Position numbers and translations under genes: made by a program
Notes under the pieces: model-generated
Databases searched by the model: none
The model's input: only the letters and a program-made list of their open reading frames with translations
What the model was told of the DNA's origin: nothing
Source: Syntrophomonas sp.
GTDB taxonomy: Bacteria; Bacillota; Syntrophomonadia; Syntrophomonadales; Syntrophomonadaceae
DNA: 64,000 bases
Direction of reading: 5' to 3'
Assembly (NCBI GenBank): GCA_016841875.1
Contig: JAENYG010000001.1
Span: forward strand, 139,247-203,246
Part shown: one piece after another, positions 33,569 through 43,495 of the stretch
How positions within the stretch are numbered: position 1 is the first letter of the stretch
How the letters are laid out: each line of letters opens with the position of its first letter

Positions 33569-34450
33569 ATGATTACCGTGGCATCCATTACCTTCCTACC
33601 TAACATGGGTACCTATATATCAGAATGGTATGCTGGTCAGAACTTTGCCTATAGTCAGGCTCTTTTTGTCAGCCAGTTTCAACAGACCGGAGATAAATAC
33701 AGATCTTTACTGCGGTTTGATTTAAGTGGTATTCCTAAGACCAGTACTATTGAAAAGGCTGAATTACTGCTCACTCTGTACCGGAACGAAGTAACATCCA
33801 ATGGTATATATGTAAGTGTCCATCGCCTATTAAATAAGTGGTTGGACCATACTGTAACCTGGGACACCCAACCACCCTTCAGTCCATTCTGGGATGGCGA
33901 CCTGGGCATTGACCAAACAACGCCGCTCGGCCTCTACAGCATCGATATAAGCGATCTGGTCAGGGGATGGTATGACGGGTCGATTCCTAATAATGGCTTA
34001 TTGCTATCAGGCAGTGAGGATAAGAACGATTTGATTGCGTTTAGAAGCGCCAACTATTTGTATAGTAATGACTGGCCTAAACTGGCCATTAAGTTCGTTG
34101 ATGGCATATTGGAAATAAAGGATGAGCAGGAAATAATAATACCAGCATGTCCCGAAACTCCTATTATTGAATCAAATCCGGTCGCTCTGGGGCCAAGAAA
34201 AAAGGCTACTTTTATGATTCTTAATACTTCTAATTCATCACACGTCAAAGTTAAGATCCAGCTGGGCTTCGATAACGATCCTGACGCAGTGTTTTTTGAT
34301 GCTGGTCCCTGGCATTGCCTGGAACCTCAGGGATACCCGGGTGAAGCCCTGGCTATATCCACTTCCGAGGCAGCAGAATATGCCCGAGTCCTCTTCTGGG
34401 GAGAAGGAGGCGAAACTCTAATAGTATATCCAAGGACCAAAGAACCTTAA
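33569..34450 (+). CDS. DNRLRE-domain protein
   Basis: TYISEWYAGQNFAYSQALFV...GDKYRSLLRFDLSGIPKTSTIEKAELLLTLYRN...VHRLLNKWLDHTVTWDTQP is the DNRLRE-domain pattern. GTG 33578 is an alternative start. A paralog lies at 41992..42714. Confidence 0.7.
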   Translation: MITVASITFLPNMGTYISEWYAGQNFAYSQALFVSQFQQTGDKYRSLLRFDLSGIPKTSTIEKAELLLTLYRNEVTSNGIYVSVHRLLNKWLDHTVTWDTQPPFSPFWDGDLGIDQTTPLGLYSIDISDLVRGWYDGSIPNNGLLLSGSEDKNDLIAFRSANYLYSNDWPKLAIKFVDGILEIKDEQEIIIPACPETPIIESNPVALGPRKKATFMILNTSNSSHVKVKIQLGFDNDPDAVFFDAGPWHCLEPQGYPGEALAISTSEAAEYARVLFWGEGGETLIVYPRTKEP

Positions 34451-34498
34451 TTAGGGATTGAGAGCCGGAAGTAAATCTATTGCCGAACTTATGCATAA

Positions 34499-34560
34499 AC
34501 AGGCAAGCCGGGAATAATTCCCCGGCTTGCCTGTTGGTGCTTGGCACCAAAGTTTTTAAA
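34499..34560. terminator. bidirectional terminator between convergent genes
   Basis: AACAGGCAAGCCGGG-loop-CCCCGGCTTGCCTGTT, then TTGGTGC-TTG-GCACCAA followed by AGTTTTT. Confidence 0.7.
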
Positions 34561-34581
34561 TTGTTTAATTTATTAGAAACC

Positions 34582-35028
34582 CTATTCATATCTGGGATTC
34601 TGTACCTGTCTTATATAATACTCTACTGCACCCTTTTCCTTCATCTCATCATTAAACCGCTTGAAACGCTTTCCCAGGTACCCCTCAAGCATCTCTTGGC
34701 ATGGATATTCATCACATTGGAAGCAAAAATCGATCCCTTTTTCCTTGACACATTCTTTAGCCCGACATGTTATAGGACACAGGTCATTATCTCCCCGACA
34801 TCCGCTGCAGTTGGATTCAATAAAAACATCCAGCATCTCTAGAAATTGAGGGTAATTATTATATACCGGTTCATCCTCTGCCCTCAGGCGAGCAATCCGC
34901 CCAAAATTACCAAGCTGTTCTTTTAATTCTCTACTCAAACGTTGGATCTCACTATTTGCATATGAAGCACATCTACTACAGTCTAACCCACAGGGGGCTA
35001 ACCTTTTAACGACATCGAGGTAATTCAT
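34582..35028 (-). CDS. DUF3795-type Cys-rich metal-binding protein
   Basis: ATG 35028 lies behind GGGAGGAAAAAGG. Contains APCGLDCSRCASY, CSGCRGDN and FCFQCDEYPC. Confidence 0.6.
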   Translation of the reverse strand: MNYLDVVKRLAPCGLDCSRCASYANSEIQRLSRELKEQLGNFGRIARLRAEDEPVYNNYPQFLEMLDVFIESNCSGCRGDNDLCPITCRAKECVKEKGIDFCFQCDEYPCQEMLEGYLGKRFKRFNDEMKEKGAVEYYIRQVQNPRYE

Positions 35029-35392
35029 ATTCCTTTTTCCTCCCTTAATCACTTTAGGCCAGTGAACATCGTCCCTGTGAAGCAAGTTTCAGAATTTTTT
35101 TATTCATATAAGCTGCAATTTGTTAGAGATTGGTATAGATAGTGTATTATAAAAACCCATTAACATAGAGAACCCGAGGATAGCTTCACTTTATAATATC
35201 ACAGCATTTCAGGTTCTTTGAGAATATATTGTAGGATTGTTATATCATCAGAGCTAGCCAAAAATAGTTAAGGGAAAAGACCTGCCACTGATTTTTGAAT
35301 TTATTTACTCTTATGGATTAATCTACGTGCAATCTTAATGTTCTATTCGGGAATAATATCAGCAGATTGTTTTTCTAATAGGAGGGATTAAT

Positions 35393-35593
35393 TTGATTGG
35401 AACAGTAAAATGGTTTGATGACAGTAAAGGTTATGGTTTTATTGGAACTGAACAGGGAACCGATGTTTTTGTGCATCAATCGGCCCTGCAAACCTCTGGC
35501 ATAAGATCTTTAAGTGAAGGACAGCAGGTACAGTTCGAGGTTACCATGGGACCCAAGGGGCAGCAAGCTTCTAATGTGCAGCTTCTTTCATAA
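35393..35593 (+). CDS. cspA: cold-shock protein (CspA family)
   Basis: [15 protein letters not shown] and DVFVH are the RNP1/RNP2 motifs. 66 aa, TTG start behind AGGAGGG. Confidence 0.9.
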   Translation: MIGTVKWFDDSKGYGFIGTEQGTDVFVHQSALQTSGIRSLSEGQQVQFEVTMGPKGQQASNVQLLS

Positions 35594-35678
35594 TATCCGC
35601 TGGGAATCCTTATTTCAAAATATTTAGACTAAATGGCATTAGCATTTCAAAAACAAATCTCCACCTCATTTAACAGTT

Positions 35679-35702
35679 AGCCGTGGTAATTATACCACGG
35701 CT
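35679..35702. terminator. hairpin between convergent csp and mntR genes
   Basis: AGCCGTGGTA-ATTA-TACCACGGCT. There is no clear U-tract on either side. Confidence 0.35.
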
Positions 35703-35736
35703 CCTTATCGAAAAAGTCGGCAGCCAGGCACGGCTT

Positions 35737-36225
35737 TTATCCTTCTAAAGCTGCTTGCCTCATCTGCATTAACTCTTCCCATAACTCCGGCTTCTCTTCA
35801 AACAAATGCAGCAATATTTTTATAGATTCTACCGTTTCATAGCTTATGTAATGTTCTATTTTTTCGGTTTCTTCTAGAATTATCTTCTCTTCAACCCCAA
35901 TGAGGGCCAGAAACCTCTCGATGACTGTATGCCTTTGCAATAGATAAGCTCCTAACTCTCGGCCTTTATCAGTAAGAATTACCAGGCCATACTTCTCATA
36001 TTTAACCAGGTTCATTTCGGCAAGTTTTTTAATCATATTCGTAACTGATGGCGGCTGCACATTAAGTGCCGCCGCCAAATCGCTTATTCGGGTATAGGTT
36101 TTATCCAAGGTGAAGCGATAAGTCATTTCCAAATAATCTTCCATACTAGGAGTCAACAGGCTGTTATCTTTTCCCAGAAGTTCGTAACCCCTGGCAGTAT
36201 AGAATTTTGGTTTATCCTGTTTCAT
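35737..36225 (-). CDS. mntR: DtxR/MntR-family metal-dependent repressor
   Basis: SMEDYLEMTYRF...RISDLAAALNVQPPSVTNMIKKLAEMNLVKYEKYG..LTDKGRELGAYLLQRHTVIERFL. Confidence 0.85.
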   Translation of the reverse strand: MKQDKPKFYTARGYELLGKDNSLLTPSMEDYLEMTYRFTLDKTYTRISDLAAALNVQPPSVTNMIKKLAEMNLVKYEKYGLVILTDKGRELGAYLLQRHTVIERFLALIGVEEKIILEETEKIEHYISYETVESIKILLHLFEEKPELWEELMQMRQAALEG

Positions 36226-36269
36226 TTTTTCACCTCAAAAAGCAGCATCTTTAATTACTTTTACTATTA

Positions 36270-36614
36270 TTATATTTTATCCTTTAAAATATATGATTCT
36301 TCGCTTAAGCTCTGCACTGGTTTATTTCCCGTTTTTATGCTGGTTAACAAAGCATACAGTCCCAATATTAAAAATATTACTCCTGCCAGCTTATTGATTT
36401 TATCCGGCCCTATAAAGCGTGCCAGGGTAACACCGACGGTCACTTCAATTATTACGCATAATACCAGAGCCAGGGCACTGGCAGTGAATATCATCCATTT
36501 TCTTCTTGGATTATTACTGGTGATCAGCAGAACCGCTAACTGAGTTTTGTCTCCCAGTTCACACAGTACAATAATGGCATAGGTTGTAAGCCAGGTTAGA
36601 AATTTAATACTCAT
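36270..36614 (-). CDS. UPF0016 (GDT1/TMEM165) half-transporter, subunit 2
   Basis: ELGDKTQL signature, three TM helices, 114 aa. Confidence 0.8.
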   Translation of the reverse strand: MSIKFLTWLTTYAIIVLCELGDKTQLAVLLITSNNPRRKWMIFTASALALVLCVIIEVTVGVTLARFIGPDKINKLAGVIFLILGLYALLTSIKTGNKPVQSLSEESYILKDKI

Positions 36615-36626
36615 CTTACCATTCCT

Positions 36627-36947
36627 TTAACTTATTTTGATGTTGCCAATTACACCAAAAATTAACAGCAAACCTAAAACAGTAAAAGCCAGGGCGGAAA
36701 TTAGAGATATGGTATTAGGTTTTAGAAATCGAGCAATTATATGAGATCCTACAATAACTTCAAAGAACGAAGTACAGATCAAGGCGGTAGCAGATCCCAG
36801 CGCAACCCAGAAGACGTACATCGGTTTGGCTCCAGCTAGCAGTAAAGTAGTTATTTGTGTTTTATCCCCCATTTCGGACAGGAAAACAATTCCCAGCGTT
36901 GATAAGAATAAACGCCAGTTCGTTATTTTCATAAATCTTTGCAGCAA
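36627..36947 (-). CDS. UPF0016 (GDT1/TMEM165) half-transporter, subunit 1
   Basis: EMGDKTQI signature, three TM helices, 106 aa, 12 nt upstream of its partner. Confidence 0.8.
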   Translation of the reverse strand: MLQRFMKITNWRLFLSTLGIVFLSEMGDKTQITTLLLAGAKPMYVFWVALGSATALICTSFFEVIVGSHIIARFLKPNTISLISALAFTVLGLLLIFGVIGNIKIS

Positions 36948-37290
36948 TATACTCTCACTCCTGTTCTTAATCCGGGCTTACTATTTTAGTCTAGACTTAC
37001 TTATTTTTATTCCGATCACTTTTATTTGGTTCCCCTGCAGGTATGGAAAAATAAAATAGCTCCAGGCGATTCTGTTATTTCAGAATAAAACAGTTTTATT
37101 GATTAATTTAACATCAAGGTTTAGTTCAATAGACAATGAGCTGCAAGTTAAAGAAAATCTTTAAAATCAGGTGGTTTGACTTGACAATGTCATTCAGTTA
37201 GATTATGATACTAGTGCCTTGTTCTTGACGCTTACTCCTTTTCGGGTAACGAAGTCCAAGAGTACTACCTGAAGGGAGTTGACTATATTC

Positions 37291-37596
37291 ATGGAAGATA
37301 AGTATCTAGTATGTAAAGATTGCGGGAATGAATTTTTATTCTCAGCATCCGAACAAGAATTTTACGCAGAAAAAGGCTTTGAAAATGAACCGGGTCGGTG
37401 TCCGTCGTGTAGAAAAGCACGCAAACAGCAGCGCAATGGCTACGGTAACTCACGCGGCAGAGAAGATCGTCAGATGTTTAAGACTATCTGTGCTTCTTGC
37501 GGTCAAGAGACTACAGTACCATTTGAGCCCACCGGTGACAGACCAGTTTACTGCAGAGATTGTTTCCAGGCTAGACGGAACAGCAGCTACAGATAA
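37291..37596 (+). CDS. double zinc-ribbon protein (CxxC-x17-CxxC type)
   Basis: CKDCGNEFLFSASEQEFYAEKGFENEPGRCPSCR and CASCGQETTVPFEPTGDRPVYCRDCF. Confidence 0.7.
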   Translation: MEDKYLVCKDCGNEFLFSASEQEFYAEKGFENEPGRCPSCRKARKQQRNGYGNSRGREDRQMFKTICASCGQETTVPFEPTGDRPVYCRDCFQARRNSSYR

Positions 37597-37611
37597 ACAG
37601 CTCAGACATTT

Positions 37612-37650
37612 AAAGGGTTTAGTATGAAAATACTAAACCCTTTTTTATTT
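37612..37650 (+). terminator. intrinsic terminator
   Basis: AAAGGGTTTAGTAT-GAAA-ATACTAAACCCTTT followed by TTTTATTT. Confidence 0.85.
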
Positions 37651-37697
37651 GCAGCATACTATGACGGAAACAATCTTTAATCAGAACTTCCACAAAA

Positions 37698-37814
37698 TTA
37701 GAGGAAGATAGAAGAGAAATTGGTAAAGCGGCCGGAAGCAGTGATGGTAAGGAGGGAATCAGTGCCTTCCTGGAAAAAAAAACACCCCCATTTAAAGATA
37801 ATCCCAGCTATTAA
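37698..37814 (+). pseudogene. C-terminal remnant of an enoyl-CoA hydratase/crotonase gene
   Basis: The frame reads LEEDRREIGKAAGSSDGKEGISAFLEKKTPPFKDNPSY*. The EGISAFLEK(K/R)xPxF tail is the conserved crotonase C-terminus. No N-terminal part is present upstream. Confidence 0.4.
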
Positions 37815-37936
37815 AATATATTTCTTAATCCTTAATGAATGGTCCCGCTGGAATGCAACCAAGGAATTCATAACCTTATTAGGAGTAAAATCGATTTATA
37901 TTATTGCGTTTTAAATTATGTTTTTTTTAATAGTTT

Positions 37937-38683
37937 TTAGTTTAAAAATAGGTCAATACCCATCTTTATGGCAATGACATACAGTACAACTCCTATTATT
38001 AGTTTCACCTGTTTATTTTTAAGCTTCTTACTCATCAACCATGATCCCAGAAGCGCTCCCCCAATTGATCCCCCAACTGTAAACAACAGTAATTTGAAAT
38101 CCAGGAAGCCTAATGATGCTCGCCCCAGGAACCCTGAAAAAGATGAAAAGATCACTACAAATGCCGTGGTGGCAGATGCTTGTTTGGAAGCAATACCCAT
38201 CCAAACTAGCACCGGCACTATAATATTTCCCCCGCCTACTCCCAACAAGCCTCCTATAAAACCAGCAAAACTTCCTGTAAATACACCATAAGCTAATCCC
38301 TTTTCAGGTATTTCTGCTTTAGATGCCTTCGGCTGGTAAAACAGCATCATTGAACCCGCAAATATTAAGAATCCTATAAATAGAAAAATCAGTAAATCCT
38401 GTTGTAAAAACTGGCTAATATATGCACCCACAGGGGATAGGATGGAAGCAGCAATGACAATGGGTAAAGCAATACGCCAGATTATGAGCTTTTCACGAGC
38501 GTAATTAATTGACGCAAAAGTCATAGAAATAGCGTTTAATAAAAGTGCAGTACTCATAGCAGTATGGATCTCTATTCCCAGAGCCAGATATACGGGAATC
38601 AAAACAAAGGCTGCTCCTACTCCAGCAATAGTCAATATAGCAGTAAGTACGAGAGTTATCAAACCTGCAATTAACCAGGTCAT
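37937..38683 (-). CDS. TauE/SafE (TSUP) family anion exporter
   Basis: 248 aa, about 8 TM helices, with an internal duplication and the Gly-rich GGLLGVGGG motif. Confidence 0.75.
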   Translation of the reverse strand: MTWLIAGLITLVLTAILTIAGVGAAFVLIPVYLALGIEIHTAMSTALLLNAISMTFASINYAREKLIIWRIALPIVIAASILSPVGAYISQFLQQDLLIFLFIGFLIFAGSMMLFYQPKASKAEIPEKGLAYGVFTGSFAGFIGGLLGVGGGNIIVPVLVWMGIASKQASATTAFVVIFSSFSGFLGRASLGFLDFKLLLFTVGGSIGGALLGSWLMSKKLKNKQVKLIIGVVLYVIAIKMGIDLFLN

Positions 38684-38733
38684 TTAATCACCTTTTCAAA
38701 GAAGATATCTTTTGATAATCTCATGTTATGCTC

Positions 38734-39339
38734 TCAACTCTCTTGGTCAGCACAGGGTATGCAGACCTTTTTGCCATCTATTTCACTTAATTTATGAGCA
38801 AATGTTCTTTCCCCACAAATGTCACATAATTCAGTATCAAATATACCCTTCTTTTTGCTGATTGGATATTCATCAACGGTACTAATATCTAAAAATGAAT
38901 CTTCCGGTAGATTCATAACTCTTTCTACAAGTGTATCCGTAATTTCCGCGGGAATATTCTGCGGCAGTACACCATTCTTCCGCTGTTCCACAAATGGGGA
39001 TTTCAACATACTAGCAAAGAAATCAGGTTTTATTTGTACCCGCACCGCTTTTTGTTTTTCAATATCGATCAAAGTGAACGCCATTTTCCCATAATATGTC
39101 TTCTTGATGTTGCTTTTTCCATATGTACAACCCGTTACAGTCATCAAACCGTCCACAAAACATCCTGCCGCATGATCGTCACCGGTTTCAGCAATAAGGT
39201 AAAGTTCTTTGTCTTGTGACCTATCAACACCCAACGCATTCATTGCAGCAGCTCCTGCGCGCAGCCCCAGCGGCATTGCCGGGCATTTGTGGCCATGAAA
39301 TCTAATGCCGGTATCGTAGTAATCTTTTGCTTTGATCAT
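38734..39339 (-). CDS. FmdE-family protein with C-terminal zinc ribbon
   Basis: [16 protein letters not shown] and the C-terminal CDICGE...CIPC. Confidence 0.8.
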   Translation of the reverse strand: MIKAKDYYDTGIRFHGHKCPAMPLGLRAGAAAMNALGVDRSQDKELYLIAETGDDHAAGCFVDGLMTVTGCTYGKSNIKKTYYGKMAFTLIDIEKQKAVRVQIKPDFFASMLKSPFVEQRKNGVLPQNIPAEITDTLVERVMNLPEDSFLDISTVDEYPISKKKGIFDTELCDICGERTFAHKLSEIDGKKVCIPCADQES

Positions 39340-39536
39340 ATAATACTCCTCCTATTAAAAATATTTTTACTCTAACACAGTCGAAAAACTCGTTTTTTCT
39401 CCTTCCCTTTATTATATACAAAAGACTAAAACTCTATCGAGGTAAATTCTAATGAAAAACTGCCGATCAAATACCGGCAGCACAGAGTTTTTATTCTATT
39501 TATAGATATTTTCCATAGAGTCTCTATATCAAGCTA

Positions 39537-41360
39537 TTATAATACTTGTGTTTTTTGTTTGGCCATTCGTTCCCGTTTCACCTTATCGAGAGTCATTTTT
39601 CTAAGCCGCAGAGCAGTAGGAGTTACTTCCAGCAATTCATCTTCAGCTATAAATTCCAGACACTTTTCAAGACTCATGGTAGTTGGAGTAACCAGCCGCA
39701 GTGCTTCATCTGCTCCGGAGGAGCGAGTATTGGTTAGATGCTTCTTCTTGCATACGTTGAGAGCTATATCCTCTTTGCGGCTGTTTTCACCCACGATCAT
39801 ACCTTCATACACATCGGTTCCCGGGCCTATAAAAAGGATCCCTCTATCCTGGGCATTATACAATCCATAAGTCACAGCGGTGCCGCTTTCTGACGCAACC
39901 AGTGACCCCCGGGTACGTCCTGGTATATCGCCCCGGTAGGGTGCATAAGAAGCAAAGATGTGATGCATGATTCCATTCCCTCTGGTGTCAGTTAAAAATT
40001 CAGAGCGCAATCCAATGAGTCCCCGGGCGGGTATATTAAATTCAAGTTTAACCGTTCCACTATTCGAGTTAACCATATTGGCAAGTTCCCCTTTGCGGCC
40101 ACTGACCTTCTCAATTACTGTACCTACATATAGCTCTGGAGCTTCAATAAATAACTCTTCTATAGGTTCTTTCATTACCCCGTCTTCATGCTTAAAAATA
40201 ACTTCCGGGCGGGTAACTGCAAATTCATAACCCTGCCGGCGCATGGTTTCAATCAAAATTGATAGATGCAGCTCTCCCCGGCCTGAAACCTTGAAGGTAT
40301 CAGGACTTAATTCTTCTACTCTCAAGGCGACATTGGACAATAACTCCCTCATCAATCGATCGCGAAGATGTCGGCTGGTTAGATATCTGCCTTCTAATCC
40401 AGCCATAGGACTATCATTTACCACGAAATTCATAGATATGGTTGGCTCATCAATTTTAACAAAATCAATAGGAGTTACGTTAAAAGGTGAACAGATAGTG
40501 TCCCCGATATTAATATTTTCAATTCCCGAAACAGCTATGATTTCACCCGCTGATGCACTATCAACTTCGGTTCGCTGTAAGCCCTCGAAGGTATAAAGGG
40601 TATTAATTCTTACCCGTTGTTGATCACAACTTGAATTACACAGCACATAATCCTGACCTTTTTGAATGGTGCCCCGAGAAATTTTCCCAATTCCAATTCT
40701 ACCTACATAGGGGTCATAACTTATGGATGAAATCCCCAACTGCAGTTCTCCCGCCGGATCCCCTGACGGGGCTGGAATGTGTTCAAGTATGGCATCCAGA
40801 AGTGGTTTCATGTCATCTGACCATTCATCCATGCTATCTTTGGCATAACCATCCCTGGCTGAAGCTAATACAACAGGAAAATCAAGCTGTTCTTCGTCAG
40901 CTTCTAGATCGATAAAAAGGTCTAACAATTCATCATTGACTTTATCAATGCTTGCTCCGGTTCGGTCAATCTTATTTATAACTACCAGTGGTTTTAACCC
41001 TGCCTGCAGTGCCTTTTTAAGCACAAAACGAGTTTGTGGCATGGGGCCTTCATAGGCATCGACCAGGAGAAGAACTCCGTCTACCATTTCCACAATTCTT
41101 TCAACTTCACCACCAAAATCTGCGTGACCAGGAGTATCAACAATATTTATTTTGGTGCCCTGATAAACAATACTGGTGTTCTTAGAAAGAATAGTAATGC
41201 CTCGCTCACGTTCCAGGTCATTACTATCCATTACTCGTTCAGGAACCGACTGGTTAGCTCTGAAATTCCCGGATTGTTTCAGCAATTGGTCAACCAGCGT
41301 AGTTTTCCCATGATCTACATGGGCAATAATAGCAATATTGCGCAGTAATTTTTCTGACAT
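39537..41360 (-). CDS. typA: translational GTPase TypA/BipA
   Basis: NIAIIAHVDHGKTTLVD, DTPGHADFGGEV and NKIDR. 607 aa with a full-length BipA-like layout. Confidence 0.95.
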   Translation of the reverse strand: MSEKLLRNIAIIAHVDHGKTTLVDQLLKQSGNFRANQSVPERVMDSNDLERERGITILSKNTSIVYQGTKINIVDTPGHADFGGEVERIVEMVDGVLLLVDAYEGPMPQTRFVLKKALQAGLKPLVVINKIDRTGASIDKVNDELLDLFIDLEADEEQLDFPVVLASARDGYAKDSMDEWSDDMKPLLDAILEHIPAPSGDPAGELQLGISSISYDPYVGRIGIGKISRGTIQKGQDYVLCNSSCDQQRVRINTLYTFEGLQRTEVDSASAGEIIAVSGIENINIGDTICSPFNVTPIDFVKIDEPTISMNFVVNDSPMAGLEGRYLTSRHLRDRLMRELLSNVALRVEELSPDTFKVSGRGELHLSILIETMRRQGYEFAVTRPEVIFKHEDGVMKEPIEELFIEAPELYVGTVIEKVSGRKGELANMVNSNSGTVKLEFNIPARGLIGLRSEFLTDTRGNGIMHHIFASYAPYRGDIPGRTRGSLVASESGTAVTYGLYNAQDRGILFIGPGTDVYEGMIVGENSRKEDIALNVCKKKHLTNTRSSGADEALRLVTPTTMSLEKCLEFIAEDELLEVTPTALRLRKMTLDKVKRERMAKQKTQVL

Positions 41361-41991
41361 TATATTCCCTCTCCATTTATATCATCTACTAATTAATCGT
41401 AGACATCTGCTTTTGGGCAACGTAGCAATTATATCAGGGAGAAGGAGTATTTACAACTGGATATCATATCATTCCAATTATAAGCCTGTACCCCATAGAT
41501 GATTATCACGGCAGTTTAATCCTCTCCAGGCTGTATAAACTACCCCTGGGCACGGATGGATGAACGCTTTAAAGAATCTGAACATGTTTAAATCCAAACT
41601 AGATGCAAAGGGTAGAGTCATGCCAGAATCCATATGGATGGCATGGAAAGGGTGGGAATTGGGTCAGAAGAAAAGTCCATCTAGATAGGCAAGCCATCTA
41701 ACGCATATAATACTGACCTATATTGAACCCTTATAAACTAAATCTATATTAAAAGGAGCCGTTCATAAATACAAAATACCGGAGACTGTTAATGCTAATA
41801 CTGACATCTATGCTCTCATTTTTCTAAAGGTCAGCTAGTGTAATATGGCGGAGAAGGATACACTGAACACGTGGACGATAAAAAATATTGATATGTTTTT
41901 CTCGAGAAGATAAGCATTTAATGAGAACTTCAAATGGTTTCATTAGATAGAGGCTGGAGTGTTTAACCCCCAGCCTCAAGTGGGTTTATTA

Positions 41992-42714
41992 TTAAAAAAA
42001 TCGCCGCCTGACAGGAAAGTTGTTAGCAGATCTGAAAACTCTGCGTTCTTCACAATCATCAAATCGGCAGCTGGTAGGAAAATTATTATCGTATCTAAAA
42101 AATCTACGTTCATCACAATCATCAGATGGTAGTACTCTTACCAAATCAGATGGGAGTACTACACTTGGAGCAGGCTGAACTCTAACAACAGGCTTCTCAA
42201 CATCAGATGCCGGAGCGACAACAGGTATTAATTGGGGCCAATAGCTGGAATCACTAAATCCACGACCATAGAAACCCAGGAGACTGTTAAAAGTTTCATC
42301 ACATTTCAGGAGCAGGCCGTTATTTAACACATGGTCTGCAAAACCAGTAAGGTTAATGTCTACCCAGCCAAAATATCCTGCATATATTACTGCTGATCCT
42401 ATCGGTACCGTGTCTATTGCTGGCCGATTGTTCCAGGTAACGGTGGATTCATTCCAGTTACCTATGATTCTGTAGACTAACAAGGTAGCAGAAGAAGGTA
42501 TTTCATTACGGTATATCTTTAAACGCAGCTGAGATCTAAACCTGTGCCCATCATAATGATCAAATATCCAATTAAATTTTAGTAGTGACTGATATTCATC
42601 TCCAGATCCCTGGTATCGATTGGTGTACAAATAGGGTACTCCCCCGAAATTCGAATTTGCATAATACTGTGATATATAAGCATCTTCATTAGGATGAAGA
42701 ATATTTGGAAACAT
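41992..42714 (-). CDS. DNRLRE-domain protein with C-terminal Cys/Arg-rich tandem repeat
   Basis: AYISQYYANSNFGG...GDEYQSLLKFNW...YRIIGNWNESTVTWNNRP. The C-terminus repeats DDC(D/E)ERR(F/V)FR..NNFP twice. Confidence 0.7.
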   Translation of the reverse strand: MFPNILHPNEDAYISQYYANSNFGGVPYLYTNRYQGSGDEYQSLLKFNWIFDHYDGHRFRSQLRLKIYRNEIPSSATLLVYRIIGNWNESTVTWNNRPAIDTVPIGSAVIYAGYFGWVDINLTGFADHVLNNGLLLKCDETFNSLLGFYGRGFSDSSYWPQLIPVVAPASDVEKPVVRVQPAPSVVLPSDLVRVLPSDDCDERRFFRYDNNFPTSCRFDDCEERRVFRSANNFPVRRRFF

Positions 42715-42976
42715 AATCTTTCATCTCCTTTCTATTTATTTACTACATTTTATTACCTGAATAAGAAAAATGTTCCTTAGCTGAACCTGCTTGGTAATTT
42801 TCACTATCATTTGCATAAAGATTTTTCAGAATACCTGCCGCTAGTTGATTAATGGACCTTATCTCTACAGCCGTGATCCAGTCTGTTTTTTCTATAACAA
42901 AAACACCCCTGGTTCTAATTTACCGGAGGTGTTGTTCGAATCAAGCGTTTTATATTTTATTCAAAGCATTACAAGG

Positions 42977-43462
42977 TTATTGGTTGCTGAGATCAATAAT
43001 AAAATCAGCTACCTGCTCAAGCTCATCAAAGCGAAACTGCGGGACCTTAAGAGGAATCTCAATATCTGAGATAACGGCCTCATAACTTCCTGGCGGAATA
43101 ACCGGTTCATCCTGATCCCCTGGTCGATAAACGAGTATTCTGGGATTCACTTCCTGTTTAAACCCTTCCACCAGAATAAGATCTACGTCGGTAATACCCT
43201 CCAGAATTTCTTGTAGTGGGGGGCGGGTAGTTAAACGTTGATGGGTAGTAATGGAATCCGGACCCATTACTATAACCCTGGCTGCGCCGGAATTATAATG
43301 CTGCCAGGAATCTTTACCTGGAGTGTCTAACTCATAGCCATGTGAAGCATGCTTTATCGCTGCTACTTTAAAGCCCCGATCATTGAATATTCTAATTAAA
43401 TTAGAAATAACAGTAGTCTTACCCGAATTAGAATAGCCGGTAAAACCTATAACTCTTGTCAT
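42977..43462 (-). CDS. mobB: molybdopterin-guanine dinucleotide biosynthesis adaptor MobB
   Basis: VIGFTGYSNSGKTTVISNLI...FKVAAIKHASHGYELDTPGKDSW. Confidence 0.85.
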   Translation of the reverse strand: MTRVIGFTGYSNSGKTTVISNLIRIFNDRGFKVAAIKHASHGYELDTPGKDSWQHYNSGAARVIVMGPDSITTHQRLTTRPPLQEILEGITDVDLILVEGFKQEVNPRILVYRPGDQDEPVIPPGSYEAVISDIEIPLKVPQFRFDELEQVADFIIDLSNQ

Positions 43463-43495
43463 ACCATGGTCCTCCTGAATAAAGCCGTTAATTAT

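Noticed and set aside
36948-37270. yybP-ykoY Mn2+ riboswitch upstream of the UPF0016 genes
   Set aside because: The expected conserved four-way-junction sequence blocks are not visible. Only an imperfect palindrome is present.
37720-37914. 64-aa plus-strand ORF (MVKRPEAVMV...)
   Set aside because: An alternative frame over the same DNA gives the conserved crotonase C-terminal tail, so the region is better explained as a gene remnant.
42845-43085. Plus-strand ORFs 42845..43069 and 42852..43085
   Set aside because: They overlap the 3' end of mobB in antisense, have no RBS and show no sequence features.
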